Below are positions 34,855-47,734 of a DNA stretch of 60,000 nt, piece after piece. The notes below the pieces were generated by a model, which was given only the letters and a program-made list of their open reading frames with translations, made no database searches and was not told the origin of the DNA. The position numbers and the translations under genes are program-made. This DNA comes from Laetmonice hystrix (taxonomy: Eukaryota), in the NCBI GenBank assembly GCA_965235115.1, contig OZ249436.1, forward strand, positions 40,550,001 to 40,610,000, read 5' to 3'. Each line of letters begins with the position of its first letter. Within the stretch, counting starts at the first letter, position 1.

Positions 34855-37286
34855 GGGCCCGTTTCATAACTAATAACGCAGCCGCGTTATTAACGCAGAT
34901 GCGCAAATAGCCTCATTTGAGGTTAATGCGTTGCATAACTAATAACGCAACGCACTATGCGTTCATAGCGCGCGTTGTCTGGCTCTAAAATCGTTTATTT
35001 AACGCGCACCTACAAGGGTCTGCGCTAACTTCCGAACTGACGAAAAAGGGGTAAAATGTCCATTTAGAAAATATTTGTTATTCTCAATATGATTCGTACA
35101 AATACAAACGACTGCAGCTGTTATTTCCGAAAAAAAATGACTATTACAATTACATGTACATGAAACCTGAATGCTATATGTACATATAATATATAGATGG
35201 TTGGAATGGTTAGGAATTATCAGGTGCCTGGGTCGTAGATCTAATGTTACTCAATTGTATCATTTACAATCGTCTCCAGATGCACCAGTCTGACATGTTC
35301 ATGCCCCCCACACATGATTTGGCATACGCCAAAAGTACGTTGAATGGTAGCAACTTAAAGCGGAGCGTGGACTCAATTCACTGGTAAAATGGGTCGTACA
35401 TCTAAAAATGTTAGGACATTAGAAGAAAAAATCAAACATGCAGAAAAAGTACTCAGGTGGTCGAAACAAGGGGTTTTCCTGAGTGATAAAACTGTTGTAC
35501 GTCGTGCGATTCATTTGCTGCTTTCACACAGGTAGCGTGCCTGTAGGTAAGGCTATCACGTTTTTTGCCGCGCTTGAATCGAATTAGTCAAATCACCATG
35601 AGCGGGCCATTTGGGAAAGGTATACCATGAACGGGCCATTTTCGGGAGCCTATCACTCACACATCGTTGCTATGCGATCTTGCTCCTTCCTTGTCTCAGT
35701 AGGGGGTACAGCGAATCCATTGTGTGCTGCCATCTAGTGTATTCGTTGGTTGCGATAGTATGGTGTCACAGAATGTTTTCCCCTCGCGTATTTTTCGCAT
35801 CTCCCGCTTTGTTCATGACGTTCGTTTCGGTGAGTGTAAATTTTCAGTTAGCACTTTCCAAATGACAGAGCTGCCTGCAAATCTTTGGCGAGCTTTGGGG
35901 GAAGCATCATGTTACTAAATAGTGATATTAGAAAAGTATCTTTAATAGAAAAAATAGAAATTAGAATGAAATCATTGGTTTTGTTTTCATAATTTCTGAA
36001 TAAAAACACCAAGTCAGGGTAACCTTGAGTGGTCCAACACGTGACCATGAGTGGTCCCACCGCCGTCACCATGAGTGGGCCACCTGGTTACCACCCACCC
36101 AAAGGCCCCCACAGCTAATATTTTAAGATAAGTTACCGAAAGAAATTGAACCAAATACTTTATTTGAGCATACAAGTTAAGGAAAGCAAACGGAAATCAT
36201 TTCTGGTGGCAGTGAAGGAAGAAAGAAGGCTGAAACAGGAGATGTGTCTGCGGGTGGCTATATAGCAGTCCTAATGGCAAAGAAAGAAAAGCAATAATAG
36301 GTAAAACAAAAAGTAGGGTTCAAGTCTAAAGGGAAGCTCGGTGTACGGATGATCAGTGTGGGCAGTGCTGCCACGTGTAGATCTATAGGCATAAGTAAAG
36401 TAGCTTACTGGGATTTATAATAATAATATAATGTAGATATAATAATAATAAAAGGTCTAATAATAATAATAGGCCTAATAATAATAATATTAATACCCCG
36501 GTCCACTCATGGTGACTCCCCGGCACACTCATGGTGACCCCTGGCCCACTCGTGGTGATTTTGGCTCCTACAACTTTTCGATTCCTCACACATTATTGTT
36601 GAGTCTTTTTGAGGTCTTGCGCTCTTGATTTTTGAGAGAGCAGAATTTCCTACAAGATGATGTGCCGATTGATGGGATAGTGTCACTGCTAAGGAAACCA
36701 CAGCCTTTCAAAATATTTGATACCAACAACCGGCCCACTCATGGTGATTTGACACCCCCCTATTTTTGGAAATATTTGCTGTGTTACTCCCCGACCTCCC
36801 CTATAAAAAGCACAATGATCCGTGAATACCGTCACGGATGGCAATATGCATGGCTGCGCAACAGGAACAACGTATCGGCCACCGAAAAGTCTACCGGGTG
36901 TGAGTAAATCATAAGCCTTTATATATAAGGTCCCCGCGCTGGTCTGTCAAACATGGGACCAACTTGAGACCAACTTGGGACGCGGTCCCATGTTTCAGCC
37001 AATCACTGTCAAGCGAGGTCCCATGTTTCCCTCAACTTGGGACTCGGCGGTCCCATGTTTGGCACAGGTTGTCGAATGAAATTGCGCCTTGGTCAAGTTG
37101 ATCGGTGAACTTGGGACAGCCAATAAGAAGAGGGCTATCAAAGAAGCAACACACCAGCGCCTCTGGCGGATATCCTGGAACTAGTGTTATATAGGCCTAA
37201 CGTGTTTCTAGACGGAGAACCAGTGAACCCCTACCCCTACGTGTGCGTTATTAGTGTGCGTTCGCTGTTAGTTATGAAACGGGCCC
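34855..37286. mobile_element. Non-autonomous PIF/Harbinger-like element, ~2.4 kb
   Basis: TIR GGGCCCGTTTCATAACTAA / TTAGTTATGAAACGGGCCC with 3-bp CAG duplication on both sides; no transposase ORF. Confidence 0.7.
35587..36753. mobile_element. Nested TIR element with repeated TCACCATGAGTG motifs
   Basis: 21/22-bp IR GTCAAATCACCATGAGYGGGCC; internal motif copies near 36041-36080 and 36503-36558. Confidence 0.55.
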
Positions 37287-37369
37287 CAGGGTCATTAGCG
37301 TGAGGCCGAATTTCTTTTACGAGGGAAACTCCCCTGAAAAACTGAGTCCCGTCGCGTTGAATGACCCAG

Positions 37370-37601
37370 GGCCCGTTTTTTTTTTTGTAGTGTAGGCCTA
37401 AACTTTTCCACCGTAACTGAGCAAGGTTGAGCATGAGCTCATTCTCACCGTTTTCGTGGGTTTTTTTTGTTGTTGCTTTTTTCCATGAGGCGTGCTCATG
37501 GTGAGCAAGCTCGCGGAAAAACACCCCAAAAAACGAAAACAGTGAGCTCAGCTCCCCCTTGCTCACGGTGGAAAAGTAGGCCTAAACAAAACAACCGGGC
37601 C
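37370..37601. mobile_element. Fold-back MITE, Harbinger-like
   Basis: GGCCCG...CGGGCC ends with CAG duplication; long imperfect palindromic arms (TAGGCCTA..CTTTTCCACCGT / ACGGTGGAAAAGTAGGCCTA). Confidence 0.7.
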
Positions 37602-39048
37602 CAGTTTTCTTGGTGTGTGTCCCAGTTGTTGCCACTCTGTCTGAATGACGTGGCGTCAAATGTATGAAATGCCCCCTGCCAAAAACTGGCGGCCAGTCCC
37701 GACTTAACCCCCATGGATTGCACCATTTGTGATTCCCTGTCTGAAAAAGTCTATAAAGGTCGCAAACAAAAATTCGCCGAGAACGAGCTGAAGGAGGAAA
37801 TTCGGGAAAGGTGGGAGGGAATTACTCTAGAAGATGTCAGGAAGTCAGCCGGGATATTCAAAAAGGGCTGTGTGTGAACAGTGAACAGGATGGGGGTCAA
37901 ATCGATCACCTTTCCCTTTTTAACTGAAATAAGTGGGTGACACGACTTAGATCTAGGATAGCTGTCACTCTCAGGCATTGCATTTTTCGAGTTCGACATG
38001 ACATTGTGATGTTTGATTTGTTTCCAGATAAAGAGTTTTTGGCCTATCTGCCTAAAAATGCTATTAATCATATAAAATTAGGGTAAAGCGGGGTAATATG
38101 AGCACACGGGGAATATGAGCACCCTCCAGTACAGAAACCAAGAACCGCAGGGGGTAGGGCTCTCTGGTGTTTTATTGCAGCACTAACTAAGGCGGATAGC
38201 AGACTAGACCGGAAACAGTCCACTCGCTCACTCGGCTCACCCACGATTGACTCCGTCATATCTCGGCTGTACGACGAAGGTTCCCATGCTGGGGGGTGGG
38301 GTGGGTGGGTGGCTAGGTCGGGACCACTGACCCGGATGTAAACAACAAACTCGCGCGCTGCCGCCGTGCCGAAAATGTAGAACTCCCTAGTGTCGGACTT
38401 TATACAAAGTCAGAATATCTGGGTTTCCTCCCAGGTGAAGAAGAGACTGTTTTGTCTCCACGATAGACAATTCGAGGTACAGGTATGCTGAGAAATTATA
38501 TTTGAACTAGGCCTATATAATGTGCCTAGATCTATGCGTAGATCTAGGGGTCGACTGTTTACTCTCTGTGTTCATGTGCGACCGCTTTACACTACTTTGC
38601 ACGAAAAACGGGAAAATGGCCGCTTCATACATCCGAGGCCTGCTTCGCCTCCGGATATGACCTAGAAACAGCCAATCAGAAGCAGCGTCGGTGTTCCGAG
38701 TGTCCACTCGCTGTACCCAGGCTTTGCCGTTGGTGGGTCCGTTGATGGACTAATAGCAGACGAAAGTTTCGTGGCCCTCGGTGGCATAGAGTCTAGTTGG
38801 AAGAAAAGAGAAGATTAACTTTTAAGACCCATTTTCCTAAAATAATTGTAGGCCTACACATTATGTTTCATGTTCTGGTGCCTTCGCAGGACTGCCCTGG
38901 TAAACACAACCTCATATTTTATGGGCAGTTCGATGTCTTTTGTCAGCGTTGAGTGAACGATAATAGGGGACGGGACATCGCATAATGTCAGACCTTGGGA
39001 GAAACAGACGAATACAATAATGTGCGGGGAATATGAGCATACCTAGGG

Positions 39049-40558
39049 CATAGGCGGATCCAGGATTTTGTAGGGGGGGCCAACTTTTCCTAAATTTGTT
39101 TAGGGGTAGGCCCTATAGAGCTCTACTACACAGACGTAGGGGCCTACACGAGCCGGCGCCGAAGGCGGGAAGTCTGCAAGCGCCGAAGGCGCGAAGCCTT
39201 CCTAGGGGGGTCCGGGGGCATGCCCCCCGGAAAATTTAGAAATTTAAGGTGCAATTTGTTGCAATCCGATGCATTTTGGAGCACAAAATAAGCTTTTCAA
39301 TGACCAATATTATGACCAAGGGCAAAAGGGCCTCCTCAAGTCCAACAGCAACTTTGGCTAGAATCTATACTATAGCATTCATGATGCCGAGCATAGCGAG
39401 GCCAAAAAAAATTTTAAGTGGTTTTTATCTTGCGACTGAAAGCAAAAAACCTTCTAAATTATAATGTTTGAACCCCCTTAAGTTAAAATGTGTGTATCTG
39501 GATTCGTTTAGGGGCGACACAGACGTGACTGTACGAGCGCCGAAGGCGGGAAGTCTGCAAGCGCCAACGGCGCGAAGCCTTCCTAGGGGGGTCCGGGGGC
39601 ATGCCCCCCCCCCGAAAAATTTAGAAATTCAAGGTGTAATTGGTTGCAATCCGATGCATTTTGGAGCACAAAATAAGCTTTTCAATGACCAATATGACCA
39701 AGGGCAAAAGGGCCTCCTCAAGTCCAACAGCAACTTTGGCTAAGGCATGAAATCATGCCGAGCGTAGCGAGGCAAAAAAAAAATTTATGTGGTTTTTATC
39801 TTGTGACTGAAAGAAAAAAAACCTTCTAAATTATAATGTTTGAACCCCCTTAAGTTAAAATGTGTGTATCTGCAAAATTTTAGTGGGGGTTCGAACCCCC
39901 GAACCCCCTAGATCCGCCAGTGCGGCCCCTGGAACATAGGCCTAATATAAAAATAATGATAGGCCTATATTATTATAAATTATTGCTATTTTTGCATAAG
40001 CATGCCATCGACCCCCTGCTTCTGGAATCGGCGCCCCTTAGTCTAGTTTCTGGCCCCGTAGCCCAAGTATTGGCTTCCAGGCCCTAGTATCGGCCCCAGC
40101 CCTGGAACATATAGGTGTTATCATATGATATACTATTTTGCGTAGGCCTAAGTATCGGCCTTCCTCAGCCTAGTTTCAGGCCCCCTGGCCCTAGCATCGT
40201 GCTCCCTGGCTCCTACTATAAAGTAAATGTATATTAATATTACATGATATATTAGGCCTAGGTTATTTTGCTCAAGTATTGGCCCCCTGCCTCGGGTATT
40301 GGCCCCCTCACCCAAGTTTTAGACCTTCCGGCCCTAGCATCATCGGCAAATAATCGGTTTTATTAAATGATTATTGCTAATTTGCGTAAGCATCGGCCCA
40401 ATGACTCTGGTATCGGTCCCCTAGCCCTAGTTCAACCCCCTGGCCACATCATTAGCCAGAGTCAGCCTAGGCCTATTGGTCCAAACACATGCCACAATTT
40501 TTTTTTTGGTGGGGGGGGGCCAAGGCCCCCTTGCCCCCCCCCCCCGGATCCGCCAATG
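39049..40558. mobile_element. Composite MITE (GGCGGATCC-type TIR) with an internal ~380-bp duplication (39128-39872)
   Basis: CATAGGCGGATCCAGG / CCGGATCCGCCAATG flanked by TAGGG on both sides; extra end GATCCGCCAGTG at ~39911-39922. Confidence 0.65.
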
Positions 40559-41136
40559 TAGGGTGGGGCATTATGGGCATAGGGATAGGTCTCCAAGCCC
40601 ACCTAAAAATCCAGACTTTGTACCAGTATTTTTACCAGGTCAAAATTGTTAAGGTGCTTATATTGCCCCGGCTTAGCCTATGCCCTAAATATAAGTGACA
40701 AACTATGCAAATTGTAGAAGATATAGGCTATATTCAAGTAAAGAGTGTTCCAGACACAGCGCGGACCAACTCTGCATGCCGAGGACGCCTGGTCCGGCAT
40801 GCAATTTTTGATAGGCCTATAAAATGGCCATATTTTTAGACATTTTGACCTATTTATCTGAAAGTTGTACCACATGCCCCAATTAACCAGATGATATCAT
40901 GTTCCAAATATTATGACATTGGGGTAAAAATTATAGAAGTTACAGTCAAGAAAAGAGTGTTCCAAAATTTTTAGGCCCACCCGCACTACTCCAGACTGCG
41001 GCAAGGGCCGTTTCATGTTAATGACCATTAATTTACACTGCATGGATGACCCACCGTGACTACCAGTGAAATTCACTGTTGAGGCTTGACCTAGGCTAGG
41101 GTAGCCTCAAATAAATTGGTGAAGTTTATTATATGA

Positions 41137-41508
41137 CGCATTGTGGTGCATGGATAGCCTTTAGAGGGGGGCCTACTTTGGAAAATATGACCGATTCTTA
41201 ATTACGGGGGAACTTAGGCCTAGGCCTAGGGCCTTAGCCTACTGCTGTTGAGGTGAGTGAGTGACAGCCCAAACTTGCTTGAAATCGGGACAAAACTGCC
41301 AAGCATCGCTACTCCCTCTGACCATCGTGCTGGGGTCGGGTCGAGGTAGAGGCCTGTCCACCCAAAGTAACCTACTTTACCCATGTCGATGGCTCTACCC
41401 ATAAACTGGCAATTGGTTTCCATCTTATCCGATAGGTGGCACTCTCACCGGCGTTGCTATGCCATCTCTCGGTAACTGACGGAACTAGTCTGGAAATGAG
41501 GCCAGTCG
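41137..41508 (+). repeat. Dispersed repeat, copy 2
   Basis: Similar to 32875-33272 with indels. Confidence 0.85.
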
Positions 41509-41651
41509 GTCTGAGTCTTTACGACTGCAAAATATTGTTACAAGTCAGTATTTACTACTTGTATGAACCTTTAATTACAATAAAATACAGGTAGAGTTCG
41601 CCTGTATATTACTTTGCGTTAATTCTCGAAGGCAAAATGTGAAAAAGATAC

Positions 41652-41724
41652 CGCCCGATGAGGGACTCGAACCCGCGACCCTCAGATTAAAAGTCTGATG
41701 CTCTACCGACTGAGCTAACCGGGC
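41652..41724 (-). tRNA. tRNA-Lys(TTT)
   Basis: GCCCGGTTAGCTCAGTCGGTAGAGCATCAGACTTTTAATCTGAGGGTCGCGGGTTCGAGTCCCTCATCGGGCG, T5 downstream. Confidence 0.95.
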
Positions 41725-42134
41725 TCACTGGTGTACTATGGGTTGGGATGTGTATATATTTGACTGGTTTAACAACCAGATCATTGATCTTGTTTGTAGT
41801 AGAATGAAAGGCATTGAAATGTTTGGCCCCGGTCTTGTTAGGCCTGGACGAAGCCGGAGACAACTCTGTCGTTTCGGTGAACTCCCTTTTCACGCAGTTT
41901 TAGGCAAGAGACCTCATTTGGGAATAAACTGAATAAGTTCCCCAACTGGCTCAATCCCAAATTTAGGTAGGCCTATGTCATAGTAATACTATGTGGTAGG
42001 CCTGGCCTACTGTATCCCCTAGCCTGGCCTAGGCCTACTATCCCCCTAAATAAAAATTAACTGAAAACTTATTTTAAAACCTTTAAGCCGATGTTCGATC
42101 CAATGAGCAAAAACTGTGTTCACATAATTATGAC

Positions 42135-42207
42135 AGGCCCTGCTGGGATTCGAACCCAGGATCTCCTGTTTACTAGACAGGCGCTTTGCCAACTAAGCCA
42201 CAGAGCC
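42135..42207 (-). tRNA. tRNA-Thr(AGT)
   Basis: GGCTCTGTGGCTTAGTTGGCAAAGCGCCTGTCTAGTAAACAGGAGATCCTGGGTTCGAATCCCAGCAGGGCCT. Confidence 0.95.
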
Positions 42208-42510
42208 ATCTATTATTTATAGGCCTAATATTTAGACTGAGGCCTACGTTTCTAAAATATTTTTTCTTTTCCCCTCAATTTGGAATATCCGAGATAGGCC
42301 TACACTTTGCCGTCTTTGACTTAGGCCTAGGCCTTAAATTTAGGGGAACTTCTAGTACTCTAGGCCTATTCAGCCCACCACTAATTCTAAGGCCAACTGC
42401 CTATAGGCCTACTATGCCTCTAGATTTGGCCTAGGAGTGATGGGAAATATAAATCTAGGCCTAGCCTCTCCTCCCTCCCTCCCTCCTCCCCGCCCCCTAT
42501 GGGGTCATCC

Positions 42511-42781
42511 CTATGTTCCCTGGTACCTACATGTTCTCCGTTCCTTATTATGTTTTCCCCTATCTGGGTCTCCGCCCCTGTTCCCCTGTCTATGTGCCCC
42601 GGTACACTGACCTATGTTCCCCGGTAGGCCTAGGCTATAGCCTACTATGTTTCCCGGTACCTATATTTCCCAAGAAAGAAAGATTTAGGACTATAGGCTG
42701 TTAGCAGGTGTACAGGTATAGATTCTACAGGTATACAGGTATGCACAGTGGTACATGTATATAGGTACCGGGAAACATAGG
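42511..42781. repeat. Fold-back/MITE-like remnant with repeated TATGTTCCCCGGTAC motifs
   Basis: Several direct copies plus IR CTATGTTTCCCGGTACCTATAT / ATATAGGTACCGGGAAACATAG. Confidence 0.6.
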
Positions 42782-45700
42782 CCCCTAGGCCTATATAGCC
42801 TAGGTACACAAAATCAAGGCCCGGGTAAAATGGTTTGCCATGTGCCTGGCTGAACGTCACAATATGGACCCATCCAACCATGCCCATCTGTACTATCCCA
42901 CGAACTAAGATCAAAAAGATCAAAAGTCAAAGATAAAAAATTAACCCTCCTCTCATGGGGCCATAGATCTATAGCCTAGACCTAGGCCTACGAACTGCCT
43001 TCCGACGTCCGTGATATGAAATGGACAGTTACTAGTTGCCGGTGCCAGTTTTGACATTTGCCGCAGGTTACACCCCGACACTCGGTCTATAACCCTGACG
43101 CCTGCGTGGCTACCACGACGGCCATGCGACCATGTGTACCGACTTAACACGTCACACGAGACACATCGTCCGGTCCTGTGGCCGTCAATTCTGTGTCATA
43201 TGTCGAGGCCGTCCATCACAAAGTTTCCCCTAACTTTGACGTTAATGCCACGCTACTTTACTATCATGGCCCCGAACCAATTAGCCTGGGTGGACACGTG
43301 GACCAGTGTGCAATGGTAGCCTCGGCAGTCTTGCTGACTCGTATACTCTATGAGAACCACGTGTCAATGAGTGGGGGTCGTGGGGTTGGCGGGTCGTACC
43401 AAGCCGCCCCGCCGGCCCCCATGCCGGGGGTATCGTCCGCCTACAGCCGGGGGCCACACGGACGGCTCGAGCCGGGCACCCTGACCGACCGGCCGGTCTG
43501 GTCTGGTTTGATGTCCCTCACCAACCACTGAGATCTCCCACTAGGCGTGTCCACTGAAGTTCTCTCCGACAAAGCGGACGAGGTCTGTGAGCATGGGGTG
43601 TCCTGGAGAGACCCCAGACATCATCAGTTGTTTGTGATTTTATACGGGTGGTTTCGTTATCTTTGACTTGTTATCAAAGCAGGGTTTACTTTAGGAGGGA
43701 TGGCCTATACTGATGTATATATCGTTGCCTTCGTCCGTTGCGGACACACCCGTTGTGTGATATACATGTTTGTACCAAGGCCGAGGCCTATATTAGACTC
43801 CCGTCTATGTCTTCCTCGTATCCCCATGCCATCCATGCCTGATGGTGACAACGGAGTATAAGCATGAACACGATATACAAAGCATCCAACAAGTTTGTTT
43901 AATTAACTCCCTTCAAATGAGGCTAAGAGGTTATGAGAATTGTCAGCGCTGCATGAATTTCTCACGCTCATGAGCCTTATATATAGATTAAATTAGCACA
44001 AAATAGAAAGTGACTGAAGAACTATATGCAGCTCTTTACAGTTCGATTTTTGTGATTTCCAGCACCAACATGGCTGATATCTCGTTTACGGTATAGTCAT
44101 GTAGGACATTATCCCTGACAGTATTATGGCCCAATTGTCATTGAATCCTGTCAGTCCCGTGACAACTGGAAAACTTACGTCTGGCGGCCCTAATCTGATG
44201 ATGACCAGTCATTCTGGTCCCCATAATGAGTCGGTTCATATTGGTGCATGCAAGGCCAAGGCTGAATGTCTGAGTATAGATTACTTTCACCTAAACTGCC
44301 GCTTTGTCTAAAACTTAAAATGATAAGTTGGTAGAACGCTTTAAAGAATTATCTTCTATTCGGAAACAGCAGTAATTGCGCTATACTCACCAAAAGTTCA
44401 CGTTGGAATTATTTAGAATTGCGGAGACGATTACGATATTTATGAACCACAATTTTATCAGCTGAACTCAGCTATATTAAAGGCTCATGACATCATGCGC
44501 TCATGGATATCTACCATAACCTTCCTTGTGCTAAACTGGGCTCTGGCGCGGACAGTGGAACTGGATGGCTGGCCTGCCAGACGTTTTCGCGCATCCCATC
44601 ACTTCACCCCATCTGGCGTCAAACGACGGAACTAAATTGTCGTCTGCTGTTCGGCTAACCTACTTTAGTGAGGGTGTATACGAATGTAAATGACAACGTT
44701 TCTTTTGTAAAATTGTATTGTTTTATCCCACAAAGATGATAGCGTTAAAATTCATTAATCACACAGTCTTTTTTTAATTTCCGTTATGTTAGCTTACTTG
44801 AAATTTAGGCCTATCTTAATTTTAGGCGGTTTTCGATGGGATGACAACTATGACAAAACCAAGAGACACAGAATTATTATATCAAAGGTCCCAATAAAAA
44901 GTGCGTGGTCATTTAGGGAAAACAAAACTTCGGGACCATTTCAAAAGTGCGCGACAGAAAGATTTAAGAAAGAAATCCTAGCTTGACTATTATCTTCTTA
45001 CCGTCCCTGAGACAGTCGCTGGCCAGTGACAGTTGTAACTTCTTTTATTATATTAGGGACATCAGAATGTGTTTTACTCCCTGATCAAATAATTCTTTAA
45101 CTAAATAACGTATTTAGTCAAGTTTAATTTATATTGATATTTCAAATAATCCTTAGTTTATAACATTTATCGTATTAAACGTAAGAAAAATAACATCTAT
45201 ATACATAATGCAATGTGAATTAAAGCGTTAATTTTTACAAAGAACACTCAATAAGGGCACGTTATACGATGGTCTACCCCGATACTGGATGTATACCTCA
45301 CTCCATACAACCGACTCTCAAACATGGTGACCATAAATTCAGCCTCGACAAGAAGAGGTACAGAGCAGGCAGGTCGAGGCCAAGGGTGGCAGCAGGTCGG
45401 ATGCCTGTGTTCGACCTGTGCAGACCCCGTGCCAATGTCGAGGTAACGTGATGTATGACACTTGCCGTCATGTGACGTTTGTTAGGTTTCCCCACTGGGC
45501 CACAAAAGGGTTGCGACTTGCAACCTCGGCTGTGACTCATGAAACCCATATGGGAAACTAAATTGGGTGACCACACCGAGAAAAAAAGGGAGGGTGTCAG
45601 AAAAAAAGAGGGTTGCGGTGCCAAGGACGACACCGGCTCTTTCAAGTAGCACGTGTATTTCATTATAACTGAGGCCCTGATCGTAACAACCTGATCGACT

Positions 45701-45898
45701 GCGACATTTTTATAGCAAATACTATTTTCTTGGAGGTGCATGCATGATTTTAAAAATTATGCTGCGTCACCTGTTGATCCCCGGCGTGACCCGGATGACC
45801 TTTAGAATTGGGAGAGCTTCATGCGTTCAGCAGCGGGTGTCATTATTATAATATTATGTGTCTTATGTTGTGTTTACATATGTGTGGGTGTGCGGCGA

Positions 45899-46180
45899 GG
45901 TTGTAAGTAGGTTGTACGGATTAGGTGTATACGCCTGTATGGGAGGTTGGGTGTGGTTGTAAGTAGGTAAGTACGGATTAGGTGTATACGCCTGTATGGG
46001 AGGTTGGGGGTGGTTGTAAGTAGGTTGTACGGATTAGATGTATACGCCTGTATGGGAGGTTGGGGGTGGTTGTAAGTAGGTTGTACGGATTAGGTGTATA
46101 CGCCTGTATGGGAGGTTGGGGGTGGTTGTAAGTAGGTTGTACGGATTAGATGTATACGCCTGTATGGGAGGTTGGGTGTG
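45899..46180. repeat. Minisatellite, 5 x 56 bp
   Basis: GGTTGTAAGTAGGTTGTACGGATTAGGTGTATACGCCTGTATGGGAGGTTGGGGGT repeated. Confidence 0.95.
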
Positions 46181-47141
46181 ACGTGCACTGATGGGGACCA
46201 GCGGGAGATCCAAGCGTGAACGCGTATCTTCAGTCCCCGTATGGCATCGATAAAGTTTACCCAAATACTCACGTTTGCCTCTTTTGGCACCGACCTATGC
46301 ATTTAGACTTATTTTCACCTAACTTCCATTTACGATCGGTCGGTGTTTATTTTCATATGGCTCTATACTCACACGTAGAAACTGCATGGCCATCCCCTGA
46401 TGCTGGTGTACCTCCATCACCCGGAGTGCACCCCTACCTCACAAACCCACGTGACCTTACGTCCAGGGGCCTCAACAACAATATATCACAGGCTTCCCCC
46501 ACTCCCCCAACCATGGCGGCCAGGCCATGTGTACGAATTTTAAAGGCTTCATTGCATTCTTTTTTATTGCTGAACTGAATAGTGGCCGCGAACTTGAGCT
46601 CAGATCGCTGAAGGAAGTACAGCAATGTTGAACAAACGGCTAAAAAACGAACTATGCAGGCTCTTAAAACAAATCTATTATTTTTTTTAAGATAGAGTAG
46701 TGTTAGGACCTATTAATTCTGGCTTAACGGTAGTAATCTTACCAGTCCAGCAGGAGCCCTTCGACTTTTTTTTGTGAGGGACGCCCTTGGGGTTTCAGAG
46801 AGTGGGAAAAACTCTATAAATTGTGCGGGTGTCGGGTAAAGGTTGTGTCACCCCCAGCCCCCAGTCTGCTCGGGTTCGCCCTCGTCTCATTCCAGGAGCG
46901 TACCCCCACCCTTGGTCCTCAACCCGCCTGGCCCTTGGCTGCCCCGACTGCTGGTGTCATTTGTCATTTTCACACAAGCGTACCGCACACACGCACAGAA
47001 AGCAGTGTTTCCTGTCTTCATGCAAGCAAGCAGATTGTTTCAGCGCCAGTCAGCAGTATGCAAGGGTTTACTTGAAGCTGAAAAAAACTTCATTTTCAGT
47101 GTGCAGATATTAGGGATATTTCCTTGTTGACACATACGCGC

Positions 47142-47561
47142 CATATAGTGCTGGTCTGTAGTTGATGTCTATACGGGCACATTTCGTTCGCATGATACAC
47201 GTGTGAGTGCAGGTTATTGTAAAGAGGCTTTCCCTGTTCACACACAGCCGTCATATAGTACTAGTCTGTATAGTTGATGTCTATACGGGCACATTTCGTT
47301 CGCATGATACACGTGTGAGTGCAGGTTATTGTAAAGAGGCTTTCCCTGTTCACACACAGCCGTCATATAGTACTGGTCTGTATAGTTGATGTCTATACGG
47401 GCACATTTCGTTCGCATGATACACGTGTGAGTGCAGGTTATTGTAAAGAGGCTTTCCCTGTTCACACACAGCCGTCATATACTGCTGGTCTGTAGTTGAT
47501 GTCTATACGGGCACATTTCGTTCGCATGATACACGTGTGACTGCAGGTTATTGTAAAGAGG
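47142..47561. repeat. Minisatellite, ~3.8 x 112 bp
   Basis: GTTGATGTCTATACGGGCAC at 47161, 47273, 47385, 47495. Confidence 0.95.
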
Positions 47562-47680
47562 TTAATGCGATTAATATGAGTCCTGACAGCAAGAAAATAA
47601 AAAAGTGAGTGAGGGTGCCATCATGATGACCGAACTGAATAGAACAAAAAGAGGACTGAAGATGGTGAAGATGAATCTGT

Positions 47681-47734
47681 AGAAGAAGAAGAAGAAGAAG
47701 AAGAAGAAGAAGAAGAAGAAGAAGAAGAAGAAGA
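47681..47734. repeat. (GAA)n microsatellite
   Basis: About 18 perfect triplets. Confidence 0.97.

Noticed and set aside
43000..43620. GC-rich block with short ORFs (also 45269-45451, 48356-48476)
   Set aside because: No consistent frame, splice chain or recognisable motif
45899..47561. 56-bp and 112-bp repeats as CRISPR or coding repeats
   Set aside because: Contiguous units without spacers, unit lengths not multiples of three, eukaryotic context
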